Below, piece after piece: positions 43,766 to 46,085 of a stretch of 46,085 nt of DNA. The position numbers were made by a program, and so were the translations under genes. Below the pieces are notes generated by a model, which was not told where the DNA came from, made no database searches, and was given only the letters and a program-made list of their open reading frames with translations. Source of the DNA: an uncultured Candidatus Cloacimonadota bacterium (GTDB lineage: Bacteria > Cloacimonadota > Cloacimonadia > Cloacimonadales > TCS61); contig CAZWYK010000001.1 in the NCBI GenBank assembly GCA_964638205.1, positions 1-46,085 on the forward strand, in the 5' to 3' direction. How positions within the stretch are numbered: position 1 is the first letter of the stretch; each line of letters begins with the position of its first letter.

Positions 43766-45793
43766 TTGAAACACTTCATAATTTTATTTTTATTATTTTT
43801 AAACAACATTTCTGCTATTGAGGTATCATTCTCAAAGCAGAAAACTCTTGAAAATAAAATTTCTGATTTTGCACGAGTTGTGCCGGCAGATTCTGAAAAG
43901 TGTCAACTACAAACAGATGTTTGGCTGTGGAATGATGGCAAAAATATTTGCTTCAACTTTGAATGTGAAATTGACGAAAAATTCAAAGTTGGAAAATTTG
44001 CCGAAAATGATAATCTGATAGAAGCAGACTATATTCGTGTTCAGTTAATTACAGATAAAAACGACAGTTATTCCTATTGTTACTATTTTTTTCCGCTCGA
44101 AAACAAGTATGATGCCATTCGAGATGCTAATTTTTTTATGGATGAAAATTGGAACAGTTCGTACCTTTATCAAAGTGAAATTAATGCTAAAAACTGGTTG
44201 GTTTTTGCAAAAATACCGTTCCAAGATTTACGATTTGATGGTGTTGCACCGCACAATTGGAAAATGATTATTACGCGCTATTTTTCCGAAACGAAAGAAC
44301 ATTATTCGCACCCATTTGTATTGGTAAAAATGGGTGGTGATTATTTTAAAAAAGCGACAAAAATTACGATTAATAACGAAATTAAACACGAGAAGAATAT
44401 CAAAATTAAGCCACATTCAATTATTTCGCGTGATTTAGAAGAAAATAATTATGCGTATGGAATAGGGGTTGACGCATTATATAAACCATCAAATTCGATG
44501 AGTTTAAAATTGAGTATTAAACCAGATTTTACCGATGTGCCACTTGATGATGAAACAGATGAACACAATTCGATAAATGCTCCATCTCTTGCAGAAAACA
44601 GGTTTTTTTTTACGGAAGATGTTGATGTATATGGTATTTCGAAGGAACTTTTTTACTCGCGTAATATTGTGCAGCCGCTATTTGCATTCAAAATTACGAA
44701 TAGTAACGATAACTATAATTTTGGACTTCTTTCCAGTAAAGATGATAATGATAAAAATGCTGATGTTTACAATATTTTAGCGTTCAGTCCAAAATGGAAT
44801 AACTCTTCTGTGCAGCTATCATATTTGAACAGAATGAATGAAGATTATCTGAGCCATGTTTTTCATATTAATCCGAGTTGGCAAATTAGTGCTTATAAAT
44901 CCCTTTGGTTTGAAATGAATATTTCGCATAATTACCATGCTGAAAATTGGATTTCAAAGCAATTTTTGAATAAGGGTTATTTTTGGAAGCTAGGATATAG
45001 TGTTGTATTTGATGATTTTTTTGTAAGGTTAAAAATGCAAAAAACTAGTAAAGATTTTGACCCCAAAATGGGATATGTGAATTTAACTGATTTTAGCCAA
45101 TTCAATGTAACGATTTGGAAAGAAACAGAATTTGAAAATAAGGTTTTCAATAAAGTGGAAAGTTCATATTTTGGAAATGTTGAATTGGAAAATGAAACAG
45201 ATAAATTGTTAAATCAATACCAAAGTTTTGGTATTGATTTTTCTACAAACTTTGACATTGGTGTTTCAGCAAATATTTCGCGAGGAAGAGAATTTTACGC
45301 AGAAAATTATTTTAATCAAAATATGCATTCATTTGGGTTTAAACAAACCTCCTTCGGTTTTTTGCAAGTGCATATGACATTTACAAATGGTGAAAGATTG
45401 CTGTATGATTTGATGGAAACATACCAATTTAAGACATTTCAATTGGGAGTTTTTGGAGATGTAAGCAAATTTGCATCATATTCAATTTTAGCAGACAAAA
45501 CAAGATATTTGAATTTGATTAAAAGTGAAAACACTGATGATGAATATTGGGTTGGAAATTTAGATGTTTTTTTAAATGTTTCGAATAATTTGTCCCTCAA
45601 GAATGGTATTCGATATGATGATTTTGAATATTCTGGAACAATAAAACACTTTGGATTTTTCAGTAATTTCCACTATCAAATGAAAAATAATATCGATATT
45701 TATTTGGGTTACAAAACATCCGCTAACGAAAGGGAAAATTGCAATATTACTGACTATCAAACGTTTTTTTTGAAGATTGGAGTTCAATTTTAA
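43766..45793 (+). CDS. CBM9-like / DUF5916-like outer-membrane protein
   Basis: TTG start and signal peptide. The N-terminal domain resembles carbohydrate-binding family 9 (ADYIRVQLITDKNDSYSYCYYFF, WLVFAKIPFQDLRF). Long beta-rich C-terminal part ending FFLKIGVQF. Confidence 0.55.
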   Translation: MKHFIILFLLFLNNISAIEVSFSKQKTLENKISDFARVVPADSEKCQLQTDVWLWNDGKNICFNFECEIDEKFKVGKFAENDNLIEADYIRVQLITDKNDSYSYCYYFFPLENKYDAIRDANFFMDENWNSSYLYQSEINAKNWLVFAKIPFQDLRFDGVAPHNWKMIITRYFSETKEHYSHPFVLVKMGGDYFKKATKITINNEIKHEKNIKIKPHSIISRDLEENNYAYGIGVDALYKPSNSMSLKLSIKPDFTDVPLDDETDEHNSINAPSLAENRFFFTEDVDVYGISKELFYSRNIVQPLFAFKITNSNDNYNFGLLSSKDDNDKNADVYNILAFSPKWNNSSVQLSYLNRMNEDYLSHVFHINPSWQISAYKSLWFEMNISHNYHAENWISKQFLNKGYFWKLGYSVVFDDFFVRLKMQKTSKDFDPKMGYVNLTDFSQFNVTIWKETEFENKVFNKVESSYFGNVELENETDKLLNQYQSFGIDFSTNFDIGVSANISRGREFYAENYFNQNMHSFGFKQTSFGFLQVHMTFTNGERLLYDLMETYQFKTFQLGVFGDVSKFASYSILADKTRYLNLIKSENTDDEYWVGNLDVFLNVSNNLSLKNGIRYDDFEYSGTIKHFGFFSNFHYQMKNNIDIYLGYKTSANERENCNITDYQTFFLKIGVQF

Positions 45794-45873
45794 GCTTACA
45801 ATTAGTTTTCAATTGACAATCGGTTCTCAATTAGAAAAAAGACACAAAAGAATTAAGTAGAGGAGTGAGGCTG

Positions 45874-46085
45874 ATGAAGAATCAAAAAATAATTAATGGT
45901 ATTATCGCCAAGTACGATGGTAAGAAGGGCGCCTTGATTCCATTGTTACAGGAAATTCAAGAAATAGACCGTTATCTTTCGAAAGATGCAATGAGATATG
46001 TCTCCGAAAAAACTGATGTGAAATTAGCGCAAATTTATGGTGTCGCAACCTTCTACACGATGTTTAGGCTCAAGCCACAGGGTAA
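45874..46085 (+). CDS. NuoE/HndA-family thioredoxin-like [2Fe-2S] subunit (5' partial; runs off the window)
   Basis: MKNQKIINGIIAKYDGKKGALIPLLQEIQEIDRYLSKDAMRYVSEKTDVKLAQIYGVATFYTMFRLKPQG matches the NuoE N-terminal region. SD GGAGTGAGG. Confidence 0.8.
   Translation, partial: MKNQKIINGIIAKYDGKKGALIPLLQEIQEIDRYLSKDAMRYVSEKTDVKLAQIYGVATFYTMFRLKPQG

Overview
AT-rich, densely coding bacterial chromosomal segment with about 50 CDS, many joined by 1-4 nt start/stop overlaps. I found no rRNA, tRNA, CRISPR array, transposase or integrase. Lineage is a guess: a T9SS-type C-terminal sorting tail at 1..81, several outer-membrane-type proteins ending in Phe, and ptb, gdhA and a NuoE/HndA-like gene suggest an uncultivated anaerobic FCB-group or Cloacimonadota-like bacterium. 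Most of the window is housekeeping: DUF58, pgsA, dut, ispA-type prenyl synthase, xseB, M23 peptidase, ptb, Nif3, recX-recA, rpmB, lnt, recJ, a type-A RNase P RNA (rnpB, minus strand, 19944..20326), a COG1579 zinc-ribbon protein, selU, an M3 oligoendopeptidase, glyQ, a heterodimeric ABC exporter pair and gdhA. The best candidate for an undescribed system is a six-gene operon at 33508..39979. It encodes a PqqD-like (RRE-type) small protein, an ATP-grasp ligase, a fold-III PLP decarboxylase, a urea-transporter-like channel fused to an M23 peptidase, an outer-membrane-type protein and a TPR protein. I could not find a precursor peptide for it. Other non-standard loci are: a (pseudo)receiver-receiver-PPDK_N protein with no TSH phosphohistidine motif (28868..31828); a five-gene ECF-sigma envelope or metal-stress operon (13516..15575); and an XRE regulator divergent from a small secreted repeat protein followed by 7TM and PAS-HD-GYP genes (41082..43755). 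A promoter/SD/24-codon ORF/terminator arrangement at 21061..21193 may be an attenuator. All functional calls come from motif recognition by eye, with no database search.
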